Shown here: positions 17,460 through 28,815 of the stretch, in pieces | How positions within the stretch are numbered: the stretch's first letter is position 1 | Layout: each line of letters starts with the position of its first letter | The notes under the pieces: model-generated | Databases searched by the model: none | Told to the model about the DNA's origin: nothing | What the model saw: the letters and a program-made list of their open reading frames with translations, nothing else | Translations under genes and position numbers: made by a program | NCBI GenBank assembly: GCA_945862935.1 | Contig: CAMBBO010000001.1 | Location: 1-58,293, forward strand | From: Pseudorhodoplanes sinuspersici | GTDB taxonomy: Bacteria > Pseudomonadota > Alphaproteobacteria > Rhizobiales > Xanthobacteraceae | Direction of reading: 5' to 3' | DNA length: 58,293 bases

Positions 17460-18201
17460 GTCGGCGCCCCGCGATCCACGCTTTCATGTAGCGATAATAT
17501 GTGCCTTCGGCATTCGCGACCGCGAGCAGGAAACCCTCTCGCCCATCAAGGAAGCCCGCACGCAAAATATACGTGCGAAGAAACGACCATAGCCCGCGCC
17601 AGATGCCGGTCATGAACCAGACGCGCCGCCCCGATGCCACGAGCTTCTCTGCTCCTGCCGTCGAGTAACGATCCATGCGCGACAACGCATTTTCGAGGCG
17701 CTCCACGGGATCGTGCGTCAGTGCTTCGGAAAGACGCTGGATGCGCCCCTCGCAAATGACCCGTTCATGCACGACGTCGTCGGAGAAGCGCGCATTCGCG
17801 CGCCGGAAGAGGCGCAGCACATAATCCGGGTACCAGCCGGAATGGCGCATCTGGCGACCGCAGAATGTCGACAGGCGCGGGATTTCATAGCCGTCGGCAA
17901 CACCGCTCGCGATCGCGGCTTTGATTTCGTCGGCAAGCGCCGGCGTTACCCTCTCATCTGCGTCGATCGACAAAACCCATTCGCCCGCAGCGAGAGATAG
18001 GGCGAAATTCTTCTGCACTCCAAACCCTTTCCACTCGTGCGACGAGACGCGCGCACCCGCACGTTCGGCAAGCTGCATCGTGTTGTCGCTGCTCCCGCCG
18101 TCCACGACAACGCGCTCATCGCAGAACGCGAGGCTCGCAAGGCACGCCTCGATATTGCGCGCCTCGTTCTTCGCAATCACGATGGCGGAAAGCCGCGGCA
18201 T
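17452..18201 (-). CDS. Glycosyltransferase family 2, LPS core beta-glucosyltransferase (WaaE/KdtX-like)
   Basis: IAKNEA, VDGGSSD, SIDADE, WYPD..RLF, VHE, GFLDG.EG. Confidence 0.9.
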   Translation of the reverse strand: MPRLSAIVIAKNEARNIEACLASLAFCDERVVVDGGSSDNTMQLAERAGARVSSHEWKGFGVQKNFALSLAAGEWVLSIDADERVTPALADEIKAAIASGVADGYEIPRLSTFCGRQMRHSGWYPDYVLRLFRRANARFSDDVVHERVICEGRIQRLSEALTHDPVERLENALSRMDRYSTAGAEKLVASGRRVWFMTGIWRGLWSFLRTYILRAGFLDGREGFLLAVANAEGTYYRYMKAWIAGRRRG

Positions 18202-18935
18202 CAGCGCCCAGACGATCTGCCGGCAAGGCCAAACCGAATCCGGTCGCGCAGCCGGCGCTTGAGGTCACGCAGTTTGCGAAATGGCAAAGCGAGATAATAT
18301 TTCCGCAAAATCTCGTATCGGCCGCGCAGACTCAATCCCGGCGCGCTGCCGCGGGGAACATACCAGCCGTTCAGGCCGGTGCGCCGCATCAGCGAATAGC
18401 CGCGCGCGCGCAAGAAATTATGCTTGTCGATGCTGGTGACGTGGTCCTCAAGCAGGATCAGGCGAGGATTCCAGCGCGAAAAGTCAAAGCCGCGCAGCAC
18501 ATCGAGTTCGTGTCCTTCGACGTCGATCGACAGAAGGTCGATCGGCTGCGGAGCGCGCGCCTCGGCCAAAACTTCGTCAAGCGTGCGAACGGGAACGTCA
18601 ATACCATGTTCGGCCTGCACCCCCGTCACCATCAGATTGGGCGTGAAAGAGGAAAACGCGCCGGCGACATGCAGGTGCATCATCGTGCCAGAGCGATCCG
18701 GCGATGAACAGGCGACGGAAAACACTTTCGCCTTGCGCTCGCGGCGCAACCTCTCCGCAAGATCGGGCTGCGGCTCGATCAGAATTCCGGTCCAGCCTGC
18801 GCGCTCAAGATGAAACGATTGGGATTCGACCTGCGGATCGTTCGCACCCACTTCGACGAAAAATCCGCCGCCGCGCGATCCAAAAAATTCGCGTACCAGT
18901 CCCTGTTCCTGGTCCGGTGGGAGAATTGCGCGCAC
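18201..18935 (-). CDS. FkbM-family methyltransferase
   Basis: FFVEVGAND, GWTGILIEP, IDLLSIDVEGHE..VLRG. Confidence 0.9.
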   Translation of the reverse strand: MRAILPPDQEQGLVREFFGSRGGGFFVEVGANDPQVESQSFHLERAGWTGILIEPQPDLAERLRRERKAKVFSVACSSPDRSGTMMHLHVAGAFSSFTPNLMVTGVQAEHGIDVPVRTLDEVLAEARAPQPIDLLSIDVEGHELDVLRGFDFSRWNPRLILLEDHVTSIDKHNFLRARGYSLMRRTGLNGWYVPRGSAPGLSLRGRYEILRKYYLALPFRKLRDLKRRLRDRIRFGLAGRSSGR

Positions 18936-18948
18936 GCTGGCCCCGACG

Positions 18949-20424
18949 TCAGCGCTGAAGGGCGGTTTTCGACCGCTTCACGATGTCGGTCGTGGAATGC
19001 CCTGCCGCGAGCTGCACCAGCACGACTTCGCCGCCATGCGCCTCGACGAATTCATGCCCGACAACCGTTTCACGTTTGTAGTCGGCACCCTTCACCAGCA
19101 CATTCGGAATGACACGCTCAATCAGCTTCAGCGGCGTGTCCTCGTCGAAAATCACCACGAGATCGACCGCTTCGAGAGCAGCGATCACATCCGAACGCGC
19201 TTGCTGCGGCTGCAATGGACGGCCTTCGCCCTTGAGCCGCACCACCGAAGCATCGCTATTCAGGCCCACCACCAAACGATCGCAGGCAGCACGCGCCTCG
19301 CGCAGCAACTTGACGTGTCCGGGATGCAGAAGATCGAAGCAGCCATTGGTGAAGCCGATCCGAAGGCCGCGCTTGCGCCAGCCTGCAAGTCTTTCCTCAA
19401 GTTGCGCTGCGTCCGAAACGATCTTGTCCTCGGGCGCGAGTGTCGCCGCAGGCAAAATGCTGTGGCGCAATTCGTCGAGCGAAACGGTCGCAGTACCCAG
19501 CTTGCTCACCGCCACCGCAGCGGCCGCATTCGCAACGCGCATCGCAGGTTCAAGACCGGCTTTCGCCGCAAGCATCGCCGCCATCACGGCAACCACCGTG
19601 TCGCCAGCGCCTGAGACATCGCGCATTCGCACAGGGTGCGCCGGAATATGGATCGGTTCGGCACCCTCGCTCACGAGCGTCATGCCGTCTTCGCCGAGCG
19701 TTGCAAGCACGGCCTGCGTTCCGGCAAGAGCGCGCAATTCCTGCGCGGCATCTACAATGTCAGAAGCGTCCAACAGCTTGCGCCACACGGCGTCGGATAA
19801 TTCCTTTTTGTTGGGCGTCACCACGGTCGCGCCGCGATAAACGGAAAAATCGCTGATCTTGGGATCGACCACCGAAGGTTTTCCTGCTTTGCCCGCAGCA
19901 TCGAGCAGCGTGCGAATAACGCGCGGCGTGAGAACACCCTTGGCATAGTCGGACAGAACGAGCGCGCCTGCCTTGGACAGGGCTGCCAGCGCCTGTTCGA
20001 TCAGCGCCTGCTCGCGCAGGTCGTCGAGCGCCTTGGCCTGTTCCCAGTCGGCGCGCAAAAGATGCGTGGAATGTTGCTCGGAAACGAAGCGGACCTTGCG
20101 CGTCGTCGGCCGCGAGACATCGAGCACGAGTGAAGGTTCTATTCCCTTTTCGGCGGACAGCGCCGCGCGCAGAGTCCGGCCAGCCTCATCGTCGCCGACT
20201 GTGCCGACGAGAATACAGCGCGCGCCAATGGCTGCGATGTTGCGCGCAACATTGCCTGCGCCCCCGACAGCAATTTCGCTGCGCTTGACCGCGATCACGG
20301 GCGCAGGCGCTTCCGGTGAAATGCGCGCAACTTCGCCATACACGAATTCATCGAGCATGATGTCGCCGACGCAAAGCACCGTCTGGTGCTTCAGCCCGGA
20401 TAGTTCATTTTCGAAATCCAGCAT
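18949..20424 (-). CDS. hldE: Bifunctional heptose-7-phosphate kinase / heptose-1-phosphate adenylyltransferase
   Basis: [21 protein letters not shown] (kinase); [20 protein letters not shown] (adenylyltransferase). Confidence 0.95.
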   Translation of the reverse strand: MLDFENELSGLKHQTVLCVGDIMLDEFVYGEVARISPEAPAPVIAVKRSEIAVGGAGNVARNIAAIGARCILVGTVGDDEAGRTLRAALSAEKGIEPSLVLDVSRPTTRKVRFVSEQHSTHLLRADWEQAKALDDLREQALIEQALAALSKAGALVLSDYAKGVLTPRVIRTLLDAAGKAGKPSVVDPKISDFSVYRGATVVTPNKKELSDAVWRKLLDASDIVDAAQELRALAGTQAVLATLGEDGMTLVSEGAEPIHIPAHPVRMRDVSGAGDTVVAVMAAMLAAKAGLEPAMRVANAAAAVAVSKLGTATVSLDELRHSILPAATLAPEDKIVSDAAQLEERLAGWRKRGLRIGFTNGCFDLLHPGHVKLLREARAACDRLVVGLNSDASVVRLKGEGRPLQPQQARSDVIAALEAVDLVVIFDEDTPLKLIERVIPNVLVKGADYKRETVVGHEFVEAHGGEVVLVQLAAGHSTTDIVKRSKTALQR

Positions 20425-20440
20425 CGGTTGTGTCCGGCGC

Positions 20441-21421
20441 CTAGCGGTAACGGTCGGCGTGATCGAGGTAGCCGCTCACATAGCGCGATACGGCCTCTTC
20501 CAGCGTCGTGAAGCCGCCATTGTACCCCGCCTTGCGCAATTTCTCGACCTCGCTTTGGGTGAAATACTGGTATTTGTCGCGGATCGTCTCCGGCATATCG
20601 ACAAATTCGATGTTCGGCTCGCGCCCGAGCGCCTTGAACATCGCAAGCATCATGTCGCGAAAGCTGCGCGCCTGGCCGGTTCCGACATTGAACAGGCCGG
20701 ACACCTTTGGCGTGTCCAGCAGCCAGCGCGTGACTGCTACAACGTCATCCACATAGATGAAATCGCGCCGCTGGTCGCCATCGGCGATCCCTTGCTTGTG
20801 CGACTTGAACAGGCGCACCGGCTTTCCCGCTTTGGCCTCGTCGAACACGCGGCAGACGACGCTCGCCATTTTGTCCTTGTGATACTCATTCGGGCCGAAC
20901 ACGTTGAAGAATTTCAAACCCGCCCATTGCGGCGGCAGTTTCTGCTTTTTCACCGCACGGTCGATTACGGCCTGATCGAACAAATGCTTGCTCCAGCCAT
21001 AAAGGTTGAGCGGGCGAAGCTGGCGCAGCGCGTCGGGGGATTCGTCGTCGCGAAAGCCGTGCTCGCCGTCGCCATAGGTCGCGGCGGACGAAGCGTAGAT
21101 GAACGGCGTGCGGGTTTCGGTGCACCAGTCGAGCAGCCGGAGTGACGTCCTGAAGTTCGTTTCAATGATCTCGTCGCCATCCGACGCCGTGGTGTCGGAA
21201 TTCGCGCCAAAATGGATCACCGCGTCGAGCTTCCGGCCGTCGAGCCAGGCCATCAAATCCTGCGGCGGCACCACGTCGGCAAGCTGGCGTTTGGCAAGAT
21301 TACGCCAGCGCTCATCGCGGCCCAGCCGGTCGCAGACCACGACATCGCTCTGGCCCCTTTCGTTCAGGCCTGCGACGACATTGGACCCGATAAATCCGGC
21401 TCCGCCGGTGACCAGCATCAT
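20441..21421 (-). CDS. hldD: ADP-L-glycero-D-manno-heptose 6-epimerase
   Basis: [47 protein letters not shown]. Confidence 0.95.
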   Translation of the reverse strand: MMLVTGGAGFIGSNVVAGLNERGQSDVVVCDRLGRDERWRNLAKRQLADVVPPQDLMAWLDGRKLDAVIHFGANSDTTASDGDEIIETNFRTSLRLLDWCTETRTPFIYASSAATYGDGEHGFRDDESPDALRQLRPLNLYGWSKHLFDQAVIDRAVKKQKLPPQWAGLKFFNVFGPNEYHKDKMASVVCRVFDEAKAGKPVRLFKSHKQGIADGDQRRDFIYVDDVVAVTRWLLDTPKVSGLFNVGTGQARSFRDMMLAMFKALGREPNIEFVDMPETIRDKYQYFTQSEVEKLRKAGYNGGFTTLEEAVSRYVSGYLDHADRYR

Positions 21422-21596
21422 TACTCAAACAACCCCAACGCGCCCGCCCAAGGCCTTCCTTTGCCCCACTCCCCAAGCCCGTGCAACGCCGGGAATGGCC
21501 CTGATTACGGGCAGGATGGACAGGAGCCGCCGCGCGGGCTACCGCGAGGCGTTAACGGGCCTTTTTCGGGTTCCGTGCGGTTAACCTTGTCCCGTG

Positions 21597-22634
21597 ATGG
21601 CCGACCCCAAAGCCCCCGACAGCCCGATCCTGATCGTCCCGTATATGTGGATCGGCGATTTCGTGCGCGGCCATTCGGTCGTGAAGGTCCTGCGCGAACG
21701 ATGGCCCGGCCGGCCAATCGACATGCTCACTACATCGCTGTGTGCGCCGCTCATCGACTACATGCCGGGCGTACGCAAAGGCATCGAGTGGAACCTGCCG
21801 CGCCGCCGCCTGCCGCTTGGGCAATATCTCGCGCTCGCGCGCAGACTGCGCGAGGAGAATTACGGCACAGCATTCGTCATGCTGCGCACATGGAAATCGG
21901 CGCTCGCTCCATTCCTCGCGGGCATCCCTGAACGTGTCGGTTTTGCAGGCGAAGTGCGTTTCGGGCTTTTGAACGATGTGCGGTTCGGGGAATACGCGCT
22001 CGAGCGGATGATCGACCGCTGCGGGGTTCTGGCGTTGCCGAAGGGCGCAACGCCACCCGCCGAATGGCCGCTGCCGGAACTGGTGGTGCCGGATTCCCAA
22101 ATCTCAGACTGGCGAAAGCGCAACGGCCTGACCGACAACACCCGCCCCGTGGTTGCGCTGTGTCCCGGCGCGGTCGGGCGCGGCAAGCGATGGCCGGCCG
22201 AACGGTTCGGCGAACTCGCAGCGCATCTGACGAAGCAAGGCGTTGCGGTCTGGGTGCTCGGCGGGCCGAACGAAACAATTTATGCAAAACGAATCGTCGA
22301 GATGGGTGGCGCGTTGGCGCGCGATCTGACCGGAAACGATCTGCGCAATGCCATCCTCGCGCTCGGCACTGTCAACGCCGCCGTGTCGAACGATTCCGGA
22401 TTGATGCATGTCGCGGCCGCCAGCGGCACACCGACCATCGGCCTGTTCGGGCCGACCTCGCCGCGCCTGTGGGCGCCGCTCAATCCGCTGGCCGCAACCA
22501 TCGAGCCAGAGCATCCGGACCCCTGCCCGATCTGCGGCAAGAACGGATGCGGGGACGTGCGCCACCGCAGCACAGGCGACATTGCGCTTGCGCGCGTAAC
22601 GGACGCCGTTAACCGCACGCTTGCGGTACGATGA
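21597..22634 (+). CDS. waaF: LPS heptosyltransferase II
   Basis: [44 protein letters not shown]. Confidence 0.9.
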   Translation: MADPKAPDSPILIVPYMWIGDFVRGHSVVKVLRERWPGRPIDMLTTSLCAPLIDYMPGVRKGIEWNLPRRRLPLGQYLALARRLREENYGTAFVMLRTWKSALAPFLAGIPERVGFAGEVRFGLLNDVRFGEYALERMIDRCGVLALPKGATPPAEWPLPELVVPDSQISDWRKRNGLTDNTRPVVALCPGAVGRGKRWPAERFGELAAHLTKQGVAVWVLGGPNETIYAKRIVEMGGALARDLTGNDLRNAILALGTVNAAVSNDSGLMHVAAASGTPTIGLFGPTSPRLWAPLNPLAATIEPEHPDPCPICGKNGCGDVRHRSTGDIALARVTDAVNRTLAVR

Positions 22635-22716
22635 CCGCATTCTTCACCCCGTCTTGCGCCCCCCGGCGCCGGGCGATAGAGGGAGCGCGGCGGGCCGATC
22701 CGCCGGGAGCCGCCTG

Positions 22717-23316
22717 ATGATCGATCTGCGCGCCACCATCGGAGCCTTTTTCGAGCGTTCACGCACGGCGTTCGATCACGCGGCGAAAGACGAAGCGCTG
22801 CTTGCCGCTGTCACCCGTTGCGCCGAACTCATCGCGGACGCCTTTCGCCGTGGCGACAAGCTTCTGATCGCGGGCAATGGCGGCAGCGCGGCCGACGCCC
22901 AGCACATCGCTGCGGAATTTCTCTGCCGCTACAAACTCGACCGCGCGGCTCTTCCCGCGATTGCGCTCACCACCGACACATCGAACCTTACCGCCATCGG
23001 CAACGATCTGGGCTTCGATCAGATTTTCGAGCGTCAGGTGCGCGGCCTTGGGCGAAAGGGCGATATCTTCATCGGCATCACCACATCGGGCCGCTCACCC
23101 AACATCATCACTGCACTGAAAGCCGCGCGCGAGATGGGCCTGACCACCATCGGCTTCACCGGCATTCCGGGAAAGGCGATGAGCGCGCTTTGCGATGTGA
23201 CGGTGATTTCGCCATCGGATGAAACCGCGCTGATCCAGCAAATCCACATCACCGCGGCGCACGCGATTTGCGAAGTGGTGGAGCGGCAGCTTTTCCCCGC
23301 CGCCATCAAAAGCTGA
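22717..23316 (+). CDS. gmhA: D-sedoheptulose-7-phosphate isomerase
   Basis: [33 protein letters not shown]; ATG 22717 after GGGAG. Confidence 0.95.
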   Translation: MIDLRATIGAFFERSRTAFDHAAKDEALLAAVTRCAELIADAFRRGDKLLIAGNGGSAADAQHIAAEFLCRYKLDRAALPAIALTTDTSNLTAIGNDLGFDQIFERQVRGLGRKGDIFIGITTSGRSPNIITALKAAREMGLTTIGFTGIPGKAMSALCDVTVISPSDETALIQQIHITAAHAICEVVERQLFPAAIKS

Positions 23317-23317
23317 C

Positions 23318-23836
23318 ATGGCGGACCGCCGCCCCGCGGCTTTTCTCGACCGCGACGGCGTGCTGATCGCCGATGTCGGCTATATCGGCAGCATCGACCG
23401 CGTGCGCTGGCTGAAGGGGGTCGCGCCTGCGATCCGAAGCCTCAACAAAACTCATCACGTCTTTATCGTCTCGAACCAGTCGGGAATTGCGCGCGGGCTA
23501 TTTACCGAAAGCGACGTGGACACGTTGCATCGCTGGATGCGGGATGAGCTGTCGCGCGACGGCGCGCGCATCGACGACATTCGATATTGCCCGCATCACG
23601 CCGAAGCTGTGCTTCCGGCGTTTCGCCGCGATTGCGAATGCCGAAAGCCGAAGCCCGGCATGATCCTCGACCTGATGCGGGTTTGGCCTGTGGATGTTTC
23701 ACGCAGCTTCCTGATTGGCGACCGGCCATCCGATCTTGAAGCAGCACAAGCCGCCGCTATCGCAGGCTTTCATATGCAGGGCGACGATCTCGCCGCTGCG
23801 GTTGGGGAATGTCTCGCCGCAATGGCTACGCGCTGA
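23318..23836 (+). CDS. gmhB: D-glycero-D-manno-heptose-1,7-bisphosphate phosphatase
   Basis: [34 protein letters not shown]. Confidence 0.93.
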   Translation: MADRRPAAFLDRDGVLIADVGYIGSIDRVRWLKGVAPAIRSLNKTHHVFIVSNQSGIARGLFTESDVDTLHRWMRDELSRDGARIDDIRYCPHHAEAVLPAFRRDCECRKPKPGMILDLMRVWPVDVSRSFLIGDRPSDLEAAQAAAIAGFHMQGDDLAAAVGECLAAMATR

Positions 23837-24784
23837 TCAGGCGGACAGGACTTCGCGCACGGCCTTTTCGACTGCGGCGACCGAAGGCGGATTGTTCTTG
23901 CCCCCAAGAATGACCATCGGACCCGCGCTGACCGGGCCGGTCAGGCCGGGTTCGCTCGCGGTAAAAATCGCAACCAGAGGCACGCGGAAGGCCGCCGCGA
24001 GATGGATCAGGCCGGTATCGACTCCGACGGCAAAGGACGCGCCCGCGACCAGTTGCGCGACTTCATCGAGCGGTCGGCGCTGCGGCACCTCGCCATCCAG
24101 AGCGCGCGCAAGACGCTCGCTGCGCGCCTGTTCTTTCGATTCACCCCACGGCAGCACGATGCGGGCGCCGAGATCGGACAATCGCTGGCCGAGCGCGATC
24201 CAGTCTGCTTCCGGCCATTCTTTTTCGGGCCGCGCGGTTGCGTGCAGAAACAATCCATATCGCTGTCCGGGCGCCGCAACGCGCATCGCCGCAAGACCAT
24301 AATCCGGTGCGCCTACGGGCGTGTAACCAAGCGCAAGCGCCGTAAGCTGACGATTGCGCTCGATGGCATGCAGATCGCGCGATACTTTATGGCGCACCTG
24401 ATAAAGGCGTGACGCGGTCTTTTCCTTGATGCTTTGGGCGTCGTAACCGTGGCGCTCGCCCTGGGCGATCCGCGCAATCAGCGCCGACTTCATCAGCCCT
24501 TGCGTGTCGATCACCGCGTCGTAGCGGCGCATCCGCAACTTTTCGGCAAAGCTCTTGGCCTCGTCCCATGTGCCGGGATTGATGAAGGCGCGACGCCAGC
24601 GCCGCGCACCAACCGCGATCACCGCGGGCGACGCCTTATGCAGGCGTACGAGCGGGGCATACGCCTCCTCCACCGCCCATGTGAAACGGGCGTCCGGGCG
24701 CAGCTTTTGCGCTTCGGTCAGCGCCGGCATGTGATGGATCACATCGCCCAGCGAAGACGTCTTGATGAAGAGGATTTCGGACAT
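23837..24784 (-). CDS. waaC: LPS heptosyltransferase I
   Basis: IKTSSLGDVIH, IDTQGLMKSA, HAIERNR, GVDTGLIHLAAA. Confidence 0.93.
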   Translation of the reverse strand: MSEILFIKTSSLGDVIHHMPALTEAQKLRPDARFTWAVEEAYAPLVRLHKASPAVIAVGARRWRRAFINPGTWDEAKSFAEKLRMRRYDAVIDTQGLMKSALIARIAQGERHGYDAQSIKEKTASRLYQVRHKVSRDLHAIERNRQLTALALGYTPVGAPDYGLAAMRVAAPGQRYGLFLHATARPEKEWPEADWIALGQRLSDLGARIVLPWGESKEQARSERLARALDGEVPQRRPLDEVAQLVAGASFAVGVDTGLIHLAAAFRVPLVAIFTASEPGLTGPVSAGPMVILGGKNNPPSVAAVEKAVREVLSA

Positions 24785-24907
24785 GCCTCGATAACTAAAA
24801 TTGTTCGGATGTCTTATAGGCGCCGTTAATCATAGCCGCCACGCACTTCGCAGTGAAATAGAGCCTTCACACTCGTCCGCTAGCCTTTGTGACACAGGGG
24901 AATCGCG

Positions 24908-25906
24908 ATGACGATCTTGGTGACGGGCGGTTGCGGCTATATCGGCAGCCATCTGGTGCATGAACTTGCCGACGCTGGCGAGTCCATTGTCGTGCTGGAC
25001 GACCTTTCGACCGGCTTTCGCGCGGCCCTGCCGCGCCTTGTTCCACTCGTGGTCGGCAGCGTCGGGGATTCCAGCCTCGTGGCCGCGCTGATCGAGGAAT
25101 ACAAAGTCGACGCCATCGTGCATTTCGCGGCCTCGATCGTGGTCCCGGATTCGGTGCGCGATCCGCTCGGCTATTACCGCAACAACACCGCCAACACCCG
25201 CAGCTTGCTCGAAAGCGCGGTGAAATCCGGCGTCGGACGTTTCATTTTCTCGTCGACCGCGGCGGTCTATGGCAATCCCGAAATTGTGCCGGTGTCCGAG
25301 GACAACCCGCTCGCGCCGGTGTCGCCTTATGGCACTTCGAAACTGATGAGCGAATGGATGCTGCGCGATACCGCAGCAGCGCATGGTCTAAATTACGTGG
25401 TGCTGCGCTATTTCAATGTCGCAGGCGCGGACCCGAAGCTTCGCACCGGCCAGTCAACGGCGGGCGCTACTCATCTCATCAAGGTTGCAGTTGAAACCGC
25501 TCTCGGCGCGCGGCCTGCGATGAATGTCTACGGCAAGGATTATCCGACGCCGGACGGCACCTGCGTGCGCGACTACATCCATGTCAGCGATCTTGCTGCC
25601 GCGCATTCGGCGGCGTTGCGTTATCTGCGCGATGGCGGAGCGACCGCGACATTTAACTGCGGCTACGGACGCGGCTATTCGGTTCTCGAAGTGATCGAGA
25701 CGGTGAAGCGCGTGAGCGGCCGGCAATTCCCCGTGACTTTCGCCGAGCGCCGCGCGGGCGATCCGGCTGCAATCGTTGCGGATTCATCGCGGCTGCAAGC
25801 GGCGCTGAAATGGAAGCCTAAATACGCAGAACTCGAAACGATTGTCGCTCATGCGCTCGCCTGGGAAGAGAAACTCCAGAGCGATCGCCAGCGCATCACG
25901 GCGTAG
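24908..25906 (+). CDS. galE: UDP-glucose 4-epimerase
   Basis: GGCGYIGSH, FSSTAAVYG, YGTSK, LRYFNVAGA, DGTCVRDYIHV. Confidence 0.95.
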   Translation: MTILVTGGCGYIGSHLVHELADAGESIVVLDDLSTGFRAALPRLVPLVVGSVGDSSLVAALIEEYKVDAIVHFAASIVVPDSVRDPLGYYRNNTANTRSLLESAVKSGVGRFIFSSTAAVYGNPEIVPVSEDNPLAPVSPYGTSKLMSEWMLRDTAAAHGLNYVVLRYFNVAGADPKLRTGQSTAGATHLIKVAVETALGARPAMNVYGKDYPTPDGTCVRDYIHVSDLAAAHSAALRYLRDGGATATFNCGYGRGYSVLEVIETVKRVSGRQFPVTFAERRAGDPAAIVADSSRLQAALKWKPKYAELETIVAHALAWEEKLQSDRQRITA

Positions 25907-26202
25907 TTTTCCAAGCCTTTCCAATATCGTTGGCGGCCGGACAGCCTCTCGTTTCACGGGAAACTATTCCTATTCCGCGCCGATGGCCGGCCGAATAAGT
26001 GTCCGAACCGCCAGTTCCTCTGGCGCGAAGCGGGCTTTTCCTGCCGGATTCGGGCGGCTTCTGAGACACCGTGGATTCTTGCCGTGGCACGCGGCTGCTG
26101 CCCGGCCGCAGGGGTTGAAAAAGCCCACCGGGACGGGCAAGGAAGGCCACTGGCGTCTGCTGCAATGCGGGACGCCACACCTCACCACCATACCGGGGCA
26201 TC

Positions 26203-27999
26203 ATGCAGGCAGCATCGACGGATCATGAGAGCGCGTTCGCGCTGGTCCGCCGCCTGGTCACCGAATATGGCTTCGCGCGGTGGAAATCCTACGCGGTCGC
26301 GTTCGTCCTCATGGCAATCGGCGCCGGGTGCACGGCGCTCCCCGCCTACCTCATCAGCCACGTCATCAACGAGGCCTATTTCAACCGCAACCTGACAGCG
26401 ATCGTGACGCTTGCGGGCGCGACTGTGGTGCTGTTCGCGCTCAAGGGTGCGGTGACTTACGGCTCGACGCTAATCCTCGCAAAAATCAGCAACGCCATCA
26501 TCGCGCAGAACCAGCGCAAGCTGTTCGCCAATATGCTGGCGCAGAATTTAAGCTTCTTCGCCGACCGCCACTCGTCGGAATTCGCAGCGCGCGTGTCGGC
26601 AGGCGTTGCTGCGACCACGCAGGTGCTGAACCTCGTCATCACCGCCATCGGCCGCGATCTGCTCACGCTGATCGGACTGATCGCCGTGATGGTGGTGCAG
26701 GACCCGTTCCTGTCGTTCCTGACATTGATCGTCTTTCCGCCCGCGATGATCTTCCTTCGCAAGATGATCCGCCGCGTGCGCCAGATCGCGAAGATGCAAT
26801 ATACCGGCGGCACGCGCATTCTCGAAACCATGCAGGAAACGCTGCAGGGCATCCGCATTGTCAAGGCGTTCACGCTGGAACAGACAATGCAAAAGCGTTT
26901 CGATCAGAACGTCGCCGACGTCGAGCATGAAGCCAACAATTTCGCGCGCGTCGCGGGGCGTTCCAGCCCGATCATGGAATCGCTCGGCGGCATCGCGGTC
27001 GCGATGGGCATTATCTACGGCGGCTACGCGACCATCGTGAACGGGGCCACGCCCGGCGCATTTTTCTCCTTCATGACGGCGTTCCTTCTGGCCAATGAGC
27101 CAGCCAAACGCCTCGCCCGGCTTAATCTCGATCTGAACAATGCACTCGCCGCCGTACGCGTCCTGTTCGAGGTGATCGACCACCCGCAGAGCGAACCGGA
27201 TGAATCCGGCAAGCCAACCCTCGCCATCGGCAAGGCGCAGGTTGAATTCCGCGATGTCGAATTTTCCTATCGCGCAGGCGAGCCGATCCTGCACGCGCTC
27301 TCTCTCAGCGCGGAGGCTGGACAGGTCACTGCGCTGGTCGGCCCATCGGGCGGCGGGAAATCCACCATTCTCAACCTGATCCTGCGGCTTTACGAAGCAC
27401 AGTCCGGCAGCATCACCGTTGACGGTCAGGACATTTCGAAAGTGTCGCGCCAGTCCTTGCGCCAGCAGATCGGCTATGTCGGTCAGGACGTGTTCCTGTT
27501 CCGCGGCTCGATCCGCGAAAATATCGCGTTCGGAAAATCCGGCGCGACCGAAGAGGAAATCATCGCCGCGGCCAAGGCCGCGCACGCGCACGACTTCATC
27601 ACCATGTTCCCGGACGGCTACAACACGCCGGTCGGCGAACACGGACTGAAGCTGTCCGGCGGACAGCGCCAGCGCGTTGCGGTGGCGCGCGCGCTGATCA
27701 AGGACGCAAAACTGATCCTGCTCGATGAAGCGACCGCAGCACTCGATTCAGAATCCGAACGGCAGGTGCAGGACGCCATCGCGCACCTGATGCAAGGGCG
27801 CACGACGCTCGTGATCGCGCACCGCCTGCATACGGTCGCGCATGCCGACCGCATCTATGTGCTGGAAGGCGGCGAAGTGACCGAGTCCGGCAAGCACGAA
27901 GAGCTTCTCCGCAAGGGCGGGCGCTACGCCTCGTTCTACCGGCTGCAATTGCAAAACGAAGAACCGCGCGACCCGCGCCCGGCGATCGCGTCCGCCTGA
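26203..27999 (+). CDS. msbA: ABC exporter, fused permease/ATPase (MsbA-like)
   Basis: N-terminal TMD; GPSGGGKST, LSGGQRQR, LLDEATAALD; adjacent to LPS core genes (msbA assignment partly from context). Confidence 0.75.
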   Translation: MQAASTDHESAFALVRRLVTEYGFARWKSYAVAFVLMAIGAGCTALPAYLISHVINEAYFNRNLTAIVTLAGATVVLFALKGAVTYGSTLILAKISNAIIAQNQRKLFANMLAQNLSFFADRHSSEFAARVSAGVAATTQVLNLVITAIGRDLLTLIGLIAVMVVQDPFLSFLTLIVFPPAMIFLRKMIRRVRQIAKMQYTGGTRILETMQETLQGIRIVKAFTLEQTMQKRFDQNVADVEHEANNFARVAGRSSPIMESLGGIAVAMGIIYGGYATIVNGATPGAFFSFMTAFLLANEPAKRLARLNLDLNNALAAVRVLFEVIDHPQSEPDESGKPTLAIGKAQVEFRDVEFSYRAGEPILHALSLSAEAGQVTALVGPSGGGKSTILNLILRLYEAQSGSITVDGQDISKVSRQSLRQQIGYVGQDVFLFRGSIRENIAFGKSGATEEEIIAAAKAAHAHDFITMFPDGYNTPVGEHGLKLSGGQRQRVAVARALIKDAKLILLDEATAALDSESERQVQDAIAHLMQGRTTLVIAHRLHTVAHADRIYVLEGGEVTESGKHEELLRKGGRYASFYRLQLQNEEPRDPRPAIASA

Positions 28000-28095
28000 T
28001 ATTCAGGCGCTGGCGCGCACAAGCTTTTTCCTCCTGAAGGGCCGTGCTAAAAGATGAGCGCCCTTCCCTGATCCCTCTCCAGACATCGTGAGCCC

Positions 28096-28791
28096 ATGAC
28101 CGACTTTGTCATCACGCCGCCGAAGCAAGCCGCTATCCCCGTGAAGGGCACGAAAACCTTTTTCCCGGTGCGCCGCATCTGGTGCGTGGGCCGCAACTAC
28201 GTCGAGCATATTCGCGAGATGGGGCAGGACGAGCGCAAGCCGCCGTTCTTCTTTGCAAAGCCCGCCGACGCCATCGTGGCCGACGGCGGCGTTGTGCCTT
28301 ACCCCTCGCTGACCAACGATCTTCATCATGAGGTCGAAATGGTGGTGGCGCTCAAGGCTGGCGGCATTCGCATCAAGCCGGAAGCAGCACTCGACCTGAT
28401 CTGGGGTTATGGCGTCGGCATCGATCTGACCCGCCGCGATTTGCAGATCGCCTCGCGCAAGCAAGAGCGCCCGTGGGAAATCGGCAAGGCGTTCGATGGC
28501 TCGGCTCCGTGCAGCGATCTTGTACCGGCCTCGCAGATTGGCCATCCGAACAGGGGCCGCATCTATCTGAAGGTCAACGGCGAGGTGAAGCAGGACGGCG
28601 ACCTCGAACAGATGATCTGGAACGTACCGGAGACGATTTCGAAGTTGTCCGAGATGGTCGCGCTGGAAGCCGGCGACATCATCATGACCGGCACGCCCGC
28701 GGGCGTGAGCGCGCTGAAAGCTGGCGACGTACTGGAATGCGAGTGCGCGGGCGTCGGCACGCTGAAAGTGACGATTGGCAAGGCGCTGTAA
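28096..28791 (+). CDS. Fumarylacetoacetate hydrolase family protein
   Basis: CVGRNY..H..EMG, FFFAKP, HHEVE, DLTRRDLQ, TGTPAGV. Confidence 0.92.
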   Translation: MTDFVITPPKQAAIPVKGTKTFFPVRRIWCVGRNYVEHIREMGQDERKPPFFFAKPADAIVADGGVVPYPSLTNDLHHEVEMVVALKAGGIRIKPEAALDLIWGYGVGIDLTRRDLQIASRKQERPWEIGKAFDGSAPCSDLVPASQIGHPNRGRIYLKVNGEVKQDGDLEQMIWNVPETISKLSEMVALEAGDIIMTGTPAGVSALKAGDVLECECAGVGTLKVTIGKAL

Positions 28792-28815
28792 AGGCGGCGA
28801 TAGCGGGCGCAAACC

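Noticed and set aside
25907-26202. Possible ncRNA or small ORF upstream of the MsbA-like gene
   Set aside because: No recognisable riboswitch or sRNA motif, and the ORFs look non-coding.
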